A stretch of DNA of 64,000 nucleotides from Utricularia gibba (GCA_002189035.1 NEEC01000007.1:3410001-3474000); one strand, 5' to 3'; counted from the first letter of the stretch, positions 48,332 through 61,800 are shown. Program-made: numbers and translations. The notes: generated from the sequence alone by a model not told the origin.

Positions 48332-49020
48332 CTATCTTTGTCAATGATGAAACCTGAAGAACTGAAAATTTATATTAAGAATAAACCCTAGGGTTTGAAC
48401 AAGAAGGAGAAGAAAACTGGGAAAAAAAAGCTAAAGAAATTCTCTTCCCGGAGTACTTGTGCTTTTAGCTTATTTTATTTATTAATTTAAAAATTATAAT
48501 TGACTTGAAATTGTATTTGGACTTGAATGTGACTTTGGGCTTGACTTAAATTACTTAATATTTTATATAATGCATATCATTATATAACATATTATTTTAA
48601 CATCAATGAATATTACGAGTAGGATGCACATTTAATAAGAAATCCACATTTGTCCCGCCTCACCATGGGTTCCATATTTTTAAACGCTGACTTTCTCTAA
48701 ACCTACAAAAAATCCAACCCTACAAACATGAGACGTAATTAATAAGAGCATCCCAATGAGCCTCACAAGATAAAACCACATTAGTATAGATGCATGGACA
48801 AGTATCCAAGACCATCTGATGAAAGCCTAATGAGGTTAAGGCCTGTTGGAATTTATTATATTGGAGAAAAACTTTCTATCCAATATGGCTAGATGAAGAG
48901 GAGTTAGATTTGTTTATAAGGGATATCAATCTATTAGTTTTAATAGACTTGAAAGTGATTTGGATCTCATGCACACACAAGGTTCCAAGTTATTATATAG
49001 GTTTCGAAGTGATTTAGTAT

Positions 49021-49502
49021 AGTCCAATTTTGCTTTGTTTTATCTTGAGTCCATTAGGTTTTAGGATTAAATATATATATTCGATTGATTTCTAAAACTA
49101 AAATTGATTTCTCGAAAAGCCTCTTGAATTTTGAAGAATTAAGAAATTATTGATAGTGTTTTACACGTCTGAGTTTTTTTTTATCTTTCCTCTTTTTCGT
49201 GTTGGATTTACAAGGCCTACTCAAAACCACATCTAAGTCTTTCAAAGGGCCCCGAAATCCAAAAAAAACCTCTCACATATGTATGTATTAAGTCCACATT
49301 TTGCTTCATTTTATTTCGAACACATTAGGTTTTAAGATTAAATGTATATATTCGACTGATTTCTAAGATTGAAAACTAGTTTCTCGAAAAGTTTTTTGAA
49401 TTTTGGGGAATCAAGAAATTCTTGACAGCATTTTACATGTTTGAATTTTTATTTTTTCTCTTCTTAGTGTTCGATTTACAAGATCTTCTCAAAACCACAT
49501 CT
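49021..49502. repeat. Diverged tandem duplication with 270-bp period
   Basis: AGTCCA..CATTAGGTTTTA(G/A)GATTAAAT..TTTCTCGAAAAG..CTCAAAACCACATCT at 49021-49234 and 49291-49502. Confidence 0.85.
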
Positions 49503-51039
49503 GATAAAAAAGGGGGCATTATCCAACTAGATAGCATTTCACATCTCTGGAGAATTGCCTGATAACTTTCTACAAAAAGGAGTTGCATATCATCTACTTA
49601 GCAAGCAAGCACTTAGAAAAGGAAATAAATGGGGAATATAAAAGAGTATGCCGGCCAACAATGTGGAAGGACACTGGCCTATGCAGGGATATATTGAAGA
49701 AGAGAGATTTTTTGACATGGATGAAGAAGCATTCTTGCAACTGTCAAAAAACTTCCGTCTGATTAATGGTGAATTTCTTCTCTAGTGGCTTTCTTGTTTT
49801 TTAAGTTACCATCATTATGTTTTTATTCTCATCCGCCAGAACGAATCAATACAAAAGCAACCCCAAAGGAAGAATAATAAAAATTTTATTGTTTGTGGAA
49901 AATAATTCTTCCAACCACAAAGCCTTCCATTGCTCAAAGCTTTAATTCGATCATGATTTTGAGCCATGAATTGATATTGCTAATAAGATCTTTAAAAAAA
50001 CAAGAATGCATTTCAGCTTCTAATTGGGCTAACAAGTGGTCTTGTCACACAAATAGAGTGATTTTAGATCAAGCTGTTCTTGTTTTATCTTTAACCACAA
50101 GCAGGAGGAGGAAATATAAAAATAAATATAATACAAAAGGTTCTAAAATACATAAGATGTATTAGTTTGAACCTAGATTAAGTTAAACATTCCTCTCCCT
50201 TCTTTCCAAGACATCATTTTTTAACTTAATGACTTATATAAAAAATAAGTAAAGCAACTTATAAAATGAAAGTAAAATATATCCATAATCAAAACTTCAA
50301 AAAAATGAAAGATAAACATAAAGAAAAATATCAAATCTTGTAAATATTCAGCAATTGTTTCGAATGTCATGGCGCTCCTAGTTGGGAATACTGATGCCTA
50401 TATCGAGTTCTTCATTTGGATGGAATTTTTTCCATGTTCTTCATTGGTTTTCATGCATCTTCTTTGCCTTCTTTCTGGTCAAATTGTAAAAAGAAAAATA
50501 TTTTATGTATATATCCCTTAAAGATCTTTTTCGTTTTTTTTTTCTTGTAAGAATTGTAAAAATTATCTTTTTTTTATCCTCATTCTTTCCTTCTTTTTCT
50601 TTCTTTTCAATTGCTGCTTTCTCTCGTGTCTTTCAAATCACATTCTTTTCTATTGTTGCTCATTTCCTTTCCCAAAATTCTTATACCTTTTTTTCAACAT
50701 CTATTACTTAATCCTAGGATCAATGTACCATTTAGCCCTGTCCATTCATTGATACAGAAATTACCATCATATCTATGTAATGTGTTCCTAAATGTAGGTT
50801 TGAAGTGAGGTTTACTGCTAACACTCAAAAATGAATGTTAGATCACGACATGGATAGGATTTACTCCAATTTTATAAATGAAAATATAAATTCTTTTAGA
50901 ACTATTAAAACAATAAAATTCTTATTAGAAATAGCACATTCTAATAGCCAACACATGCTATCTTGCATTTTCTTGTTGAAAAGTAATGAAAAATTATGTG
51001 TGATGAGTTCATTAGGAATCAAGATGCAATTATCGAATT

Positions 51040-51860
51040 ATCATAACCTTAACTGCAGTTAAACATGTTCTAGAAATGACAAAAAACTTGGTTTCATCGA
51101 ACACTTTTGATAGAAAAGGTTTCAAATTCTCATGCAACAGTGAAGTTATGAAGGTAGTGAAAGGCTCCTTAGTGTTCGTGAAAGGAACTATGAGACTAGT
51201 TAACTTGTATTTTTTACAAGTAGCAACAGCAAACGTATATGAAACCACCTAGCTCTGGTATCTAAGGCTTGCACACATAGTGAAAAAGAAATAAAAAAAA
51301 TATTTCTAAAGGCTTGCTGAATGGGCAGCAAATAGTAAACTTGATTTCTGTGAATATTGTGTATTTGAAACACAAGAGAACCAACTTTGTAGGAGGAGCT
51401 CGTAGAAATTATATCCATTAGCCTACGTCCATCAGAGATAAAGAGACCTGCATCTTTTCTCAGGACCTGCCAAGAATGCATTCGGTTGAAGGGTTTCTTT
51501 CTGAATTGCAAACTGAAGATTTATGAAACCTGTGAGATGTAACATTCAAAGTGGCATTCATCTTGCCAAGGATCTGATGTTCCACTTCCATTCTAAGCAA
51601 ATTGATGTCCATTACAATTTTATTAGAGATACATCGTCTCACGGGGAAGTTTTTGGGAGAAAGTTGATACAATTCACAATTTGCTCGATGCTTTAACAAA
51701 CCCTCTATCAGTCACTAGGTTCAAACATTTGATACACTTGGTCGGTCTTGATAGCATATAAACATGTGGTATATAAAGAGAATTATTAACTACGAAGTGA
51801 GAAATGAGTGAGTGTCGAACACTTCTTTCAGTTGTTGAATAAGGGGAAGATTTGTTTAAA
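51040..51860 (+). mobile_element. Ty1/copia (Tork/Tnt1-like) relic with integrase and RT deleted
   Basis: Protease tail VKHV.EMTKNLVS..GF; GAG-pre-integrase LWYLRLAH..LDFCEYCVF; AYVH; then directly RNase H (QSGIHLAKD..HSKQIDVHYNFIRD..LTNPL). PPT AAGGGGAAGATT then TGT at 51853. Confidence 0.75.
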
Positions 51861-52888
51861 ATAATCAACATTGAACTTGGAAAATGCAATGCACATCAAT
51901 TGGTGCCTTCTTCGTATAGTAGAATAATAAAATAAATATCTGCTATAATTGAAAGATATGCCTAATGATGATAAATTTTATGTTTAAAGAATAAAAGAAA
52001 AACAAAGCATGTATATTTGACATGAAAACTACGTGATAAAGATTGTGATTATTTCAAAAGATTGCATTTTTTTAATGAATTGCCGAGTTTCATTTTTTAC
52101 TTTTTTTTCTCAAAGTTTCCATGTAAAATCTTGTGTCATTCCATTTTTTATCCTTCCTTGCTATTTCTACACAAGGAGAACAAACTCACAATTCAATTCT
52201 CACGTGTAAGGTATATGACATTCCTGCTCAATCTTCACAGGAGACAAGCTTTCAGATCGCGTTTAGTTTATGGTTTCATTGTTCAACAAGCGCGGTACTC
52301 TTGCATCATGAGCCTGATACTGATAGCATAACTAGACAATTGAAATATGGAATCAGAATTAAGAGAAAGAGCTATAAAAACTCTGAAATGGAGTGACTGC
52401 AATGACTCCGGCAACGGGGAGTAGCTTGGCGACCTCTCTTACAGCCGCTTCCTTCCCTCTTCACTGCCTTGGGTCTCTTCGACCAATCAAAAAACACCAA
52501 CTCTTTGAGCAAGATGTAGGAATTATCAAAATTTAGCTAAGAGGACAACTCAAGATCAAAGCATCTGCTTTAAATCCAAAATAACTTGTCCCAGTGGAAG
52601 CCACCCATTAATACATACATCAGAAGCGCTGCTTGTCAAGACTAAAAGTGCCAACAACTCTTGGAACAGGGGAGATTCGTTTTTTTCTAAGACATGATTA
52701 TGCGGAGTGTACAAAAAGCACCACGACATTGAAGAAAACAAGTTCTCTAATGTCTACATATATATATGATTGCAGCTTTCTCGAGGTGGACAACATTGCC
52801 TCAGCAACAATGAATTGCCTTGGCAACCACAAATTATCCCAATGAGCATCTAAAATTTCTTCAATGGAGAACTGTAAGTCGTCTCGTA

Positions 52889-53544
52889 TCAAGAGCAGAG
52901 AATTAATCTGCAGGAAGACAGCATGAGACCTGCAAAACAAACAACAAAAATAGTCACTCTGTACATTGAGCACCAACACAGAGGCCCCCATTTTATCTCC
53001 ACGCTCGAGCTCTTCAATTTCTTCCCATTCTGCGGTTCTTTGTCCAGATCAAAGCTCGCCCCCTTCATTCTAAGTTCCTGAATGCAACGAGTCAAGGCGC
53101 GTCCCTCAGCTCGCTCTTTCTGCAGCTGCTGATCCACTTTCCAGTACCTGCAAAGCTTACCCTGCACAAGAAATACAGTTGCACAAGAAACGCAAAGAGA
53201 TAAGCCAAAAGGGATCCACCATTTCTGGCATCTGTTGGATGTGGAAGAAGTGAAAAGGATCGTGAAGAAGAGGCCGTGGAAGAGGAAGAAAAAACAGCAC
53301 AATTGGAAGATCTCCCCCGGATTGCGTCCTTTCTGGACTCCGTCGCGGCCAGTCTCCGGCTCACAAGATTCTCCTCCCTTTGCCATAGCTTCAGGAGGAG
53401 AAGATGGCCGGGGCTCCGGGAGATCTCCGCCAACGGGTGGTGGCAGACGGCTGTGACGCTTTCCGCGATGGCCGTTTCTTGCCTCTCCAGGTCCTCTTCG
53501 TTGACCGGGATTTCGACGATGTGTGCGTCTTTCACCTCCGCCAT
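52889..53544 (-). CDS. Conserved plant multi-pass transmembrane protein of unknown function, with a 1-bp frameshift at ~53314-53318
   Basis: Frame 1 reads MAEVKDAHIVEIP..HPLAEISRSPGHLLLLKLWQREE..KDAIR. Frame 2 reads EIFQLCCFFFLFHG..WWIP..RALTRCIQELRMKGASFDL..SSSVEIKW. They join if the G5 run were G6. Confidence 0.75.
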
Positions 53545-54106
53545 CTGTTCGATGAAATCAGTGACAAGTAACAGAGAAAATCACAAAAATGTTGCCAAGT
53601 AGACAGTTTTAGATTCGTCAACACAATCGTAAGTGGAATTCTGAGACCGTGGCATCAGGTATTTATACAAAGCATCAGATGCAACAACGGTCATATTTTG
53701 ACAGGGTCCCACTCCTTCCAACGGTTACATCCAAAAGCGATGGATTGCCGCCACGTCATTAAGTTCCAACGGGGTGGAACTGGACGATCTACCGGTGGCC
53801 GGATTTTCTGAGAAACGTCGACGGCGACCTCCGCCGCCCTCCAGTGCTTCCGGTGCACGTCAAGTATATATTTTCATTTATAAAAAAAAAAGAAAAAAAA
53901 TAACAGTATGCTTAATCTAAACGTAGATTCGGCATATAAATGTATCGCAAAGCTCAGCTCTTTCCACTCCTTTTGCTAATCACTGAGTAGCAGCAGACGG
54001 CAGGCTTCCCGGCCCCAGATCTTCTTACTGAATAAAGGACGAGGATTTGATGGACGGCGGCCGCTTGCCTCGTCGAATTTCGACACCTGGTGGATTGATT
54101 TACTGC

Positions 54107-56547
54107 CTACAAGCTATCTCCTTCAAACGTGAACCATTCCCAGTTTGCAAATACCGTTCCCTCGTTTCCAAAGGGCAATTTTTCGACAGGGAGGGCTGCT
54201 TCCAGCTTTTCTGTTGCTTCTGAAACTGCTGACATATTCTGCCTATATTTCTCGGCCATCCTTTCAGCTTCCACAAACACTCTCTGGACGAAATGGAATA
54301 TGATCAGAAACAAGTGAGATTAAAACTGTTTGTGGAAAATCTGCTCCTGATAGTTTACCTGCTTGTCTGTCAAGAACAGACCCGGCTCGCTTTCGAGCTC
54401 AGCTATGCTGGAGGGAAGAGGACACGAGTTCAGGAATACCATTTTCTGCCAAGTAACAATAATAGCAACGTAGCAAAACAAACCTTAGAGAAATTTTGCC
54501 TTCGGAAACTCGCTTCAAGACCAGAACCTTAACTTCTTCACCCTCTGTTAGAACGTCACTGGCGGAAGTGACTTTTCCTTTGGAAATATTTCGAATGTGC
54601 AGCAGGCCACTGTGCAAGCATAAGAGAAACGATAAAAGCTTGGGCTAAAATGAGATGCGCATGGGAGATATTAGCAATCACAATGCATAGGAATTACTAT
54701 CATTTTTCTGAGTTCCTAGGGAAGTAAAGAATACCTTCTTTTACTATCACCAATCCTTATTATTGCACCATACTCAATAAATTTTACCACGGTTCCATTG
54801 ACGAGTCTCCCCTCTTGAAGATGCATCGTCTCCTATAAGATCAACAGCCAGGGAAACTGAAACTGTCATTGTGAGGAAGTAGATATTACAAGTCTATTAC
54901 GGTTTCTAAAAGAGTAGACAAAGACAGTGAACTAATGTGGACAATATGTCGATAAGGAACAAACCCAAGCCTCCCGTTCACTGAGTATTAAGTGATTTGT
55001 ATCTTCATTTATACTATTAATTTGCACGAACATTCTCCGGCCAACCTGCAAATGGAAACATAAGTTTAGAATTCTTAGTGAATATCAACAAGAACATCTT
55101 TTAGCTTATTTGACAGTCCATAAGCCCATATCCCTGAATCAAAACCGTAACCCCCTGGATACAGTGCACCTTGTTTGACACGGTAGATAAAAGGTAGAAA
55201 ACTATTCATACGTGCTCTTTTAGTAATGGGATGCTGTTCACCCTGTTCACCAGTTCCACCTTCGGTAGGAACGCCCTCAGCCCCTGTATATATGGCATCC
55301 TGTGAGACATTGCATAATCATTGAAAATTGCAAATTATTTTTTTTAAACAATAGAATTTACATACAATCTGAATGAAAAGCCGTTGGTGAAAAGCAAGGC
55401 AAATGGAACTAACCTCTAATCTTGTAAGCAGACCACCGGAATTCCACTCTGTTATTTTAACCTCTATAGGCTCATTGAGAAGCTTAATCTGTGAGTAGGC
55501 AATGCAATGATATCAACGGTACGGTATGCTTTCTCCCAGACCAAAGACAGAGATGGAAAATCTATCCAAAATACGTAGGCTTTCTCACAGGCAGCAATAA
55601 CAGAAGACAAATAACATTCACACTTTTGCATTGTTCAGCTATCTCTCAAGCATTTTTACCAGGAAAATTTGAAGAAATTGTACTGTTGAACAAAGAAATT
55701 CAAGAAATTCACTAAAATCGAAAATCAGTGCCAAAATCAGGATAGGTATGAACCTGCCTCACTCGGTGCCAAGCAATGCGTCTGAACAGCTTTCTCACAG
55801 ACAGCAATGGACGGCCACCAAGAGTTCTCCCAAGAACCTCAGCGGAAATAACAGTTCCTATATCAACAACCGGCCTTCCCATCAACGGCCGTCCAGTCAG
55901 TGACTCATCATTTCTCATAACTCCAACTTTCCCAGGTGAAAAAGACTCCACCTGGGAAAGATCACATAACAGATTATCCATCTCCTTACTATATAAGGGT
56001 AAAACTTCTTTAGTCAACATTGTGCCCAATAAATCTGCACCCACATTCACATCAAGCCTGTTTTCGTTGCCGGAGACCACCACTCCCACCACCAAATCAC
56101 CAGCTTTTGGTTCGTAGTATTCCACAGTGTTTTTTACAGTGTCTTCTTCGACGGAAGGCGCGTTAGAATCATTCAAATCAGCTTCTTCGTTCGGAGCCTT
56201 AAAGAACTTATAGAACGCCGCCAATGCTTCTTCTTCCTTTGCTTTTCTTGCTTGAATTTGCTCTGATTCAACATCATCATTAGTAACCCATTTCGGACGA
56301 GGCTTATTGAGCAACTCAAGGTCTTCGGGTTGCCTTTCTGGAGGCCTTTTACGCAAAAGGGTGTCCGATGATTCCTCAAAGACTCCATTTTCCGAGCAGA
56401 ATGGAACATGGGTCTCCTTAAACTTGGAAATCTCAAGGAAAACCCTAAGTTTTTGTGAAATTTTGCGTAGGGAGCGTTGAAGAGAAACACGGATGGATTT
56501 GGAAAAGGCAACCCGGCAATCAGGGGACTGTGAATAAGGAGATGCAT
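54107..56547 (-). CDS. PDE338: Plastid S1-domain RNA-binding protein (PDE338/RLSB/BSF-like), 8 exons, with an apparent 1-bp frameshift in exon 1
   Basis: Exons 56547-55754, 55488-55414, 55283-55212, 55045-54965, 54832-54735, 54609-54484, 54407-54359 and 54283-54107: EYYEPKAGDLVVGVVVSGNENRLDVNVGAD, LGGRPLLS.R..FRRIAWHRVRQ, ITEWNSGGLLTRLEGLRAFLPK, SGLLHI.NIS, IAELESEPGLF. The ATG frame and the conserved frame differ by one base. Confidence 0.88.
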
Positions 56548-57721
56548 GTCTTCGGAGTATCAGCTCCCCAATCTCTCAAGTCGCTGTGGGTGATAGGAGC
56601 GGCAGCCGCTGCTGTATCGAGGAATTAAGTATATTTATTTCATACTAAATATTCCTCATGATATATGCTTTTGCGTATGCATTTTATCTGTTCTATTGCT
56701 CTTTGGTTACGTACATTCTAACAAGAATTTTTGTATGTTTTCTTCACTAATCAAACTCTTTTCACTTTATCAGAATGGATATTCAAATATTCAACTGAAT
56801 TTTCATCGTTTACATGTTTTAAAAATAATACAAAGAGTGGAATAAAATTGTATTAAAGATAATGGAAAAAAAAGTTTGTTCAGTAATAGACGAAAATTTT
56901 ACCAAGGAAGAAGAAACCCCAATTCCAATTGAAATTACATTTGAGACATGAGTCTAGAGGATATAGGTTTCTATGAAGTAGGAAAGTTCTCCCACTAATA
57001 AAAGTTTAGTGATTTTTTTCCATTTTATCAAAATTGATATTTAAACATTAAATGGTACTTTCATCATTTACAAGTTTTATAGATCGACGATAATGTAGAT
57101 GTAGAATAAGGTTGTGTCGATGATAAAGGAAGAAGTGCTTGTTTAGCAATAAGCGAAAATATGTCTATTGAAGTAAGAATAAACATCAATTCCAATTGAG
57201 CCAAAAACCCTCAAAATTTGGGGCCTTTTTTGAGTCTATGTCAATGGCCTTCTCACTAAAAAGAGGTGCAAAATTTATACTATCAATGTCATTGGATTTA
57301 TGATAGAGTTTCATCACATGGGAAAAGGTTGGAGAATTCTAGACAAAGGGTCCATGACACATTCAGCATTTATGTATTATAAGGAAATTGCTTCTCTGGG
57401 GTATGGAATCACACCAATAGCTAAAGTGGGCAACTTTCCAAGTGCATATAACTAATATGTCGTGGTTATATAGAACTCACTTAGGCAAGTTCCTAGAAGC
57501 GAAACCAAAGTTGCTTGGTTGCTCTTGGAAATCAGCTATGTGGTTGAAGATTGCAATCAGCTCATCTAATCCCATTCGCATTGTAGTAAGAATATTTACT
57601 CTATATGGGAAAATTATTGAAGTAAAAATATCGTATGCTTCAAAAGTTTTGCTATAGATTTGACTTCTTACATAACTTGATAGACAACTAGGATTTCAAT
57701 ATTGATTACCCACTAGATCGT

Positions 57722-58846
57722 TGATGACACATGTTTTCTTTGCATTTTATAATGCAAAATTATTATATTTTACTGTGTTTTAGGATAGATTTGTGTAGTT
57801 TTTCATGTTTTATATATTGTTTATGTTAATTTCGTATTCATGTTGAAAAGTAAATTAAATCCTTTGATTGAATGAGATACCCCAACAGCAAAGAGTGGAC
57901 ACACAGGGTTCCTCCAAGAACACCACGAACACTAACCAGAAAAGGAGAAGAAGTAGATTCTCACGAAGAAGACTTCCATCCTCAAGAACACCACCAAGAC
58001 GCAATTCAGCGTTACTGTTTCAGGTCATGAACAGTAGTAGATGGGAATTAGAATAATCTTTACTTTCTTTTTGTTTGCTGAATGTTTTAAGTTTCTGTGA
58101 CAAACATTCTCATGATGACTTTAATATTTTCTCTATTTCATCTTAATAATATTATATTTTATCTTCCAAGTATGAGTGGCTAGGTGGTGTGGGGCTAGGG
58201 TTCAAAACACAATTGATCATTATTTCTTAGCTTTTGTTTCTATCATTCTATGTATAAACCTAAATAGAGAAATGAACAATTTTGTAACTTAGATGCTTGA
58301 TTCAAAGGTAGACAAATAAATCAAGAAGAGAATAGTAGGTATTAGTCTTGGGAAGAATCAGTAGAGTTGGATAGACCTAGTTCTACATATTTCGCACATA
58401 GGTAGACCTAAATGTGGGATGGGTGATGAAATCAGGGGCTTTGTTAACCAAAAAACATGACAAATGAATTGAGTAGACTTAGGTTATTTAGAGTTGTGAG
58501 TATAGAAACATTGTGAATGAAATTAGGAACCTTAGCACCACATCACCTACGAAACCTTAAAACATCTTAGTTTTACTTTGTACTAAAACCAGTATTTGTT
58601 ACTTTCAGCATTGATATGATATTTTTTATTAAACTTGCCTACTATTGAGCTTAGACTAAGAACAACATTTATTTTGAATTCTGCATATGCTAAAATACTT
58701 TGCAAGCACTAGCTCCTTGTGATCGACCCCGAATTTCACTTTACATTTTGTGCTTAATTTGTATTTTGTGAGGATTAGAGATTATAAATTTATTTGATAT
58801 GAAGATTTCATTTCTTGCAATGATTTTAAGAAATTTTCGTTTATTG
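57722..58846 (+). mobile_element. Degenerate Athila-like solo LTR (same family as 1810-5057 and 9410-10478)
   Basis: Starts TGATGACACATG. Shares TGAACAGTAGTA..TTTGCTGAATGTTTT, GTGATCGACCCC and TATAAATTTATTTGATATG blocks with the other copies. Confidence 0.7.
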
Positions 58847-61800
58847 TGACAAGCTTTCACATAAGAATTGATTGAGAGCAGCCTACAGTAGGAAGGCAAA
58901 GACATCATTCTGGATTAAGAGAAATAAATAACCAAAAGCTAGATAGATGATAGATACTAGTGGAGGAAAGACAACCATAAGGGAGACATAACAATAGCAA
59001 AAAGGATAATGTTCAAAGATTGCACATAGGAACATGATCGAGCGAACATCAACTTGAATTGTAATAATGAGGATATACAAGATGTGATTGAAATAAGGAC
59101 TAGCTAAAATCCGTCTATTAGTAGGGAGAGAACTCAATCCAAGATTTACAACAACCACGAATATGCAATTCTATCAATATAATGGCACTATTCACTTGGA
59201 ACTGCTAACATTTAGAGAGGGTTTGGATAGGTTGATTTATAAGTGATTTAATACATAAATTCTCTCCCTTTATCCTTTTTCAAATTCAAATCAAATGTAA
59301 TAAAATAAAGAGGATGGATGTTTTAAAAACTAACTATGATTTTTTTTGGTATAGAAGTTGAAGCTATGAGGGTCAAGTGTGGATTGACACTCTTTTAAAA
59401 AAAAAAAGATGCAAGTACAAATCATTTCTTATTTTTTTTTCTCACACTAAACCCATTTTAACATCTAGATTTGAAGAACAATCACACAATTGAAAAATTA
59501 TTGGTTTTTATGATCATCTAGAGGCAAACAAATGAAGAAGATCCTAGCAATGCTAACTAAAATTATGGAAAAATCAATGATATCTACGTGGACTATAAGG
59601 TATTTTAATGAAATGGTGCTATAAGAAGAACAAGAAAATAAAATTAAATGATCATCCTAGCCAATAAAGGATTTCAATAAGATGACATAAGGGAACAACT
59701 CATGGATGCCGTTTACAATAGATTTCTATATACTCCCCAAAGAAAAAGTTACAAGAGTTTTAAATTTGAGCAAATGTGGCTTAGAGATTTCCTTGTTTAA
59801 AGATGATTGAAAAAAGCAAGATATCTTCTCAAACCAATGGTAGTGAAAATAGACTCTCCCAAAGGATATTCATATGTTAAAATATATTGCAAAAGTAGGA
59901 GGAAAAGTCTTTTGAGAATCTAATGAAGGCAAAGAACCAGCTAGAAAGGAAGCAAAATTATTTACTACAAGGTCAAATGATAGATGTAATGGTCTACAAT
60001 CTCTAATGCTATGGTTAAGCATGGTATCTCTTTAATGGTGATAATATCCATAGAACCAATAAGGGATAGGGTCTACAACAGTATAAGGATTATCTTGAGT
60101 AGCCAGTAGTAGTGTTGCAAGTGCCAACTAGGAGAGAAGGCCACATGGTGACCTTAGTATGGGGGATGGTGACTCATGTAATTTCTTAAGTACTGGTGGA
60201 TAGAGTCATTTGAAAAATCTTAAGAAACAAAGTTGTAGAGAAAGGAGGGTAGAGGATACTATAAGAGAGTAAGGGGAAGTTTTTGATTCTAGTTGTAAGA
60301 ATGGGTTACTTTTGTAGGAAATAAGTTAAGTGGGATGAGTGCTATTGTTTGATTTAAGAAGCATGTTTTTTTTCATTCTTCTTTGGAACATATGTGACTA
60401 CATGCTTCTATGTTTTTTTTTTTATTTTGAAGGATGCTATTTCCTGTTTTATAAACCTATATTCCCTCTTTGTTCTTTATTGTTCTATAAATTCCAGCAT
60501 GTATGTTCTTTCAAAATCATCATTCTTTGTTGCCTAGTGTTCAAAAATCCAATTAGAGTCCTTAAAACCCCTTTTGAAGTAGCCTTAATGATTTGACTTA
60601 AGGATTAAGTGTCGTGTTGGATATTTTCGAAACATGTTTTTCCCTTTTGAAGTGTTAAAAACATTATAGGTTCCTTGTTTAAGTGCTATGTAATTATACC
60701 TTAGAAAATGGTGAGGGTGTGGACTCACACTCCTAGGAACATGGTTTTAACCATGGGATTCATGCCTAAATATGTCAGACATGTTTATCCTTATGGGGTA
60801 AGTCAATCTGAAAAGATCAAGAAACATGTTTATACATGATATGGTCTAAATTTAGAGGTGATGGGTGGTTGGTGGCTCTTTTAACCACTACTAATGAACT
60901 TGGATAATACATGATCCACTTTCTAAGAGCCAGAGGTGATGCCTAAACTGAAGGGTCAAGAGATTTGAGCAAAGATAGATTATAGGTTTTGTATTTGTTC
61001 ATGAGATTTTATGCTGAAACATTTTTTCATTTTCTTCATGCTTATGTATGTTTTCTTCCAAATTAGAGTAGCATGACCACTCTATGTTTTAAACTTGTTT
61101 TAGGTGTGGAAGGGGATGGCTAAGGGTCAGGTGATCGACTAAAGTAGGAGAATGAGTGTCCAAGCTAAGCGAGGTCTTTTAATGGCGGTAAGGAGCTATG
61201 TATAAGTTGCATCATATGTAGTCTGGTTGTAGTACCTTTACATATTAGGGTAGTTATGAGATAATGTATGTAAACATACTTTATGCTTTTCACCTATGTT
61301 ATTCAAATGCTGAGATGCCTTAAGTTCTGATGTTGATTGGGACTTGACGGTCATATCTCATGCCTGTTGGCCCATGGGCATGGGTCATGATATTAGAACA
61401 AAGGAAGATATATTTTGAAGAGTGCAAATGAAGATTGAAGGAAGTTACAGGATGAGAACAAATAATGTGGTAGCGAAGGAGCAGAATAAATGACTACATT
61501 ATGGAGACCAAAACTCATGCTTTTTTTATGTGCCAGAAAATAAAAGAAAAAGATGGATAGACACCAAACTAGGGCATTTTTGTCCAATCAATTTGTGTAA
61601 TGTGGTTCATAGGCTGAAACTAATTCTTATACATATGATCTTGTGCTACCAAATAGTCTTTGTTTCAAGTTTATTGATCACATGTAATATGATTATTATA
61701 TATGAATTAAATCATTTCTTGAAAACTAGACAAAAGAGCTAAAAAATATGTATAAATGAAACTAGATTTGAGCAAAAAATATGATCATGATGAATGAGAT

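Noticed and set aside
49650-49790. FFDMDEEAF..GEFLL resembling a DREB/CBF C-terminus
   Set aside because: No AP2 domain, start codon or splice context; likely chance.
57300-57700. Possible further gypsy integrase tail
   Set aside because: Too degenerate to support specific motifs.
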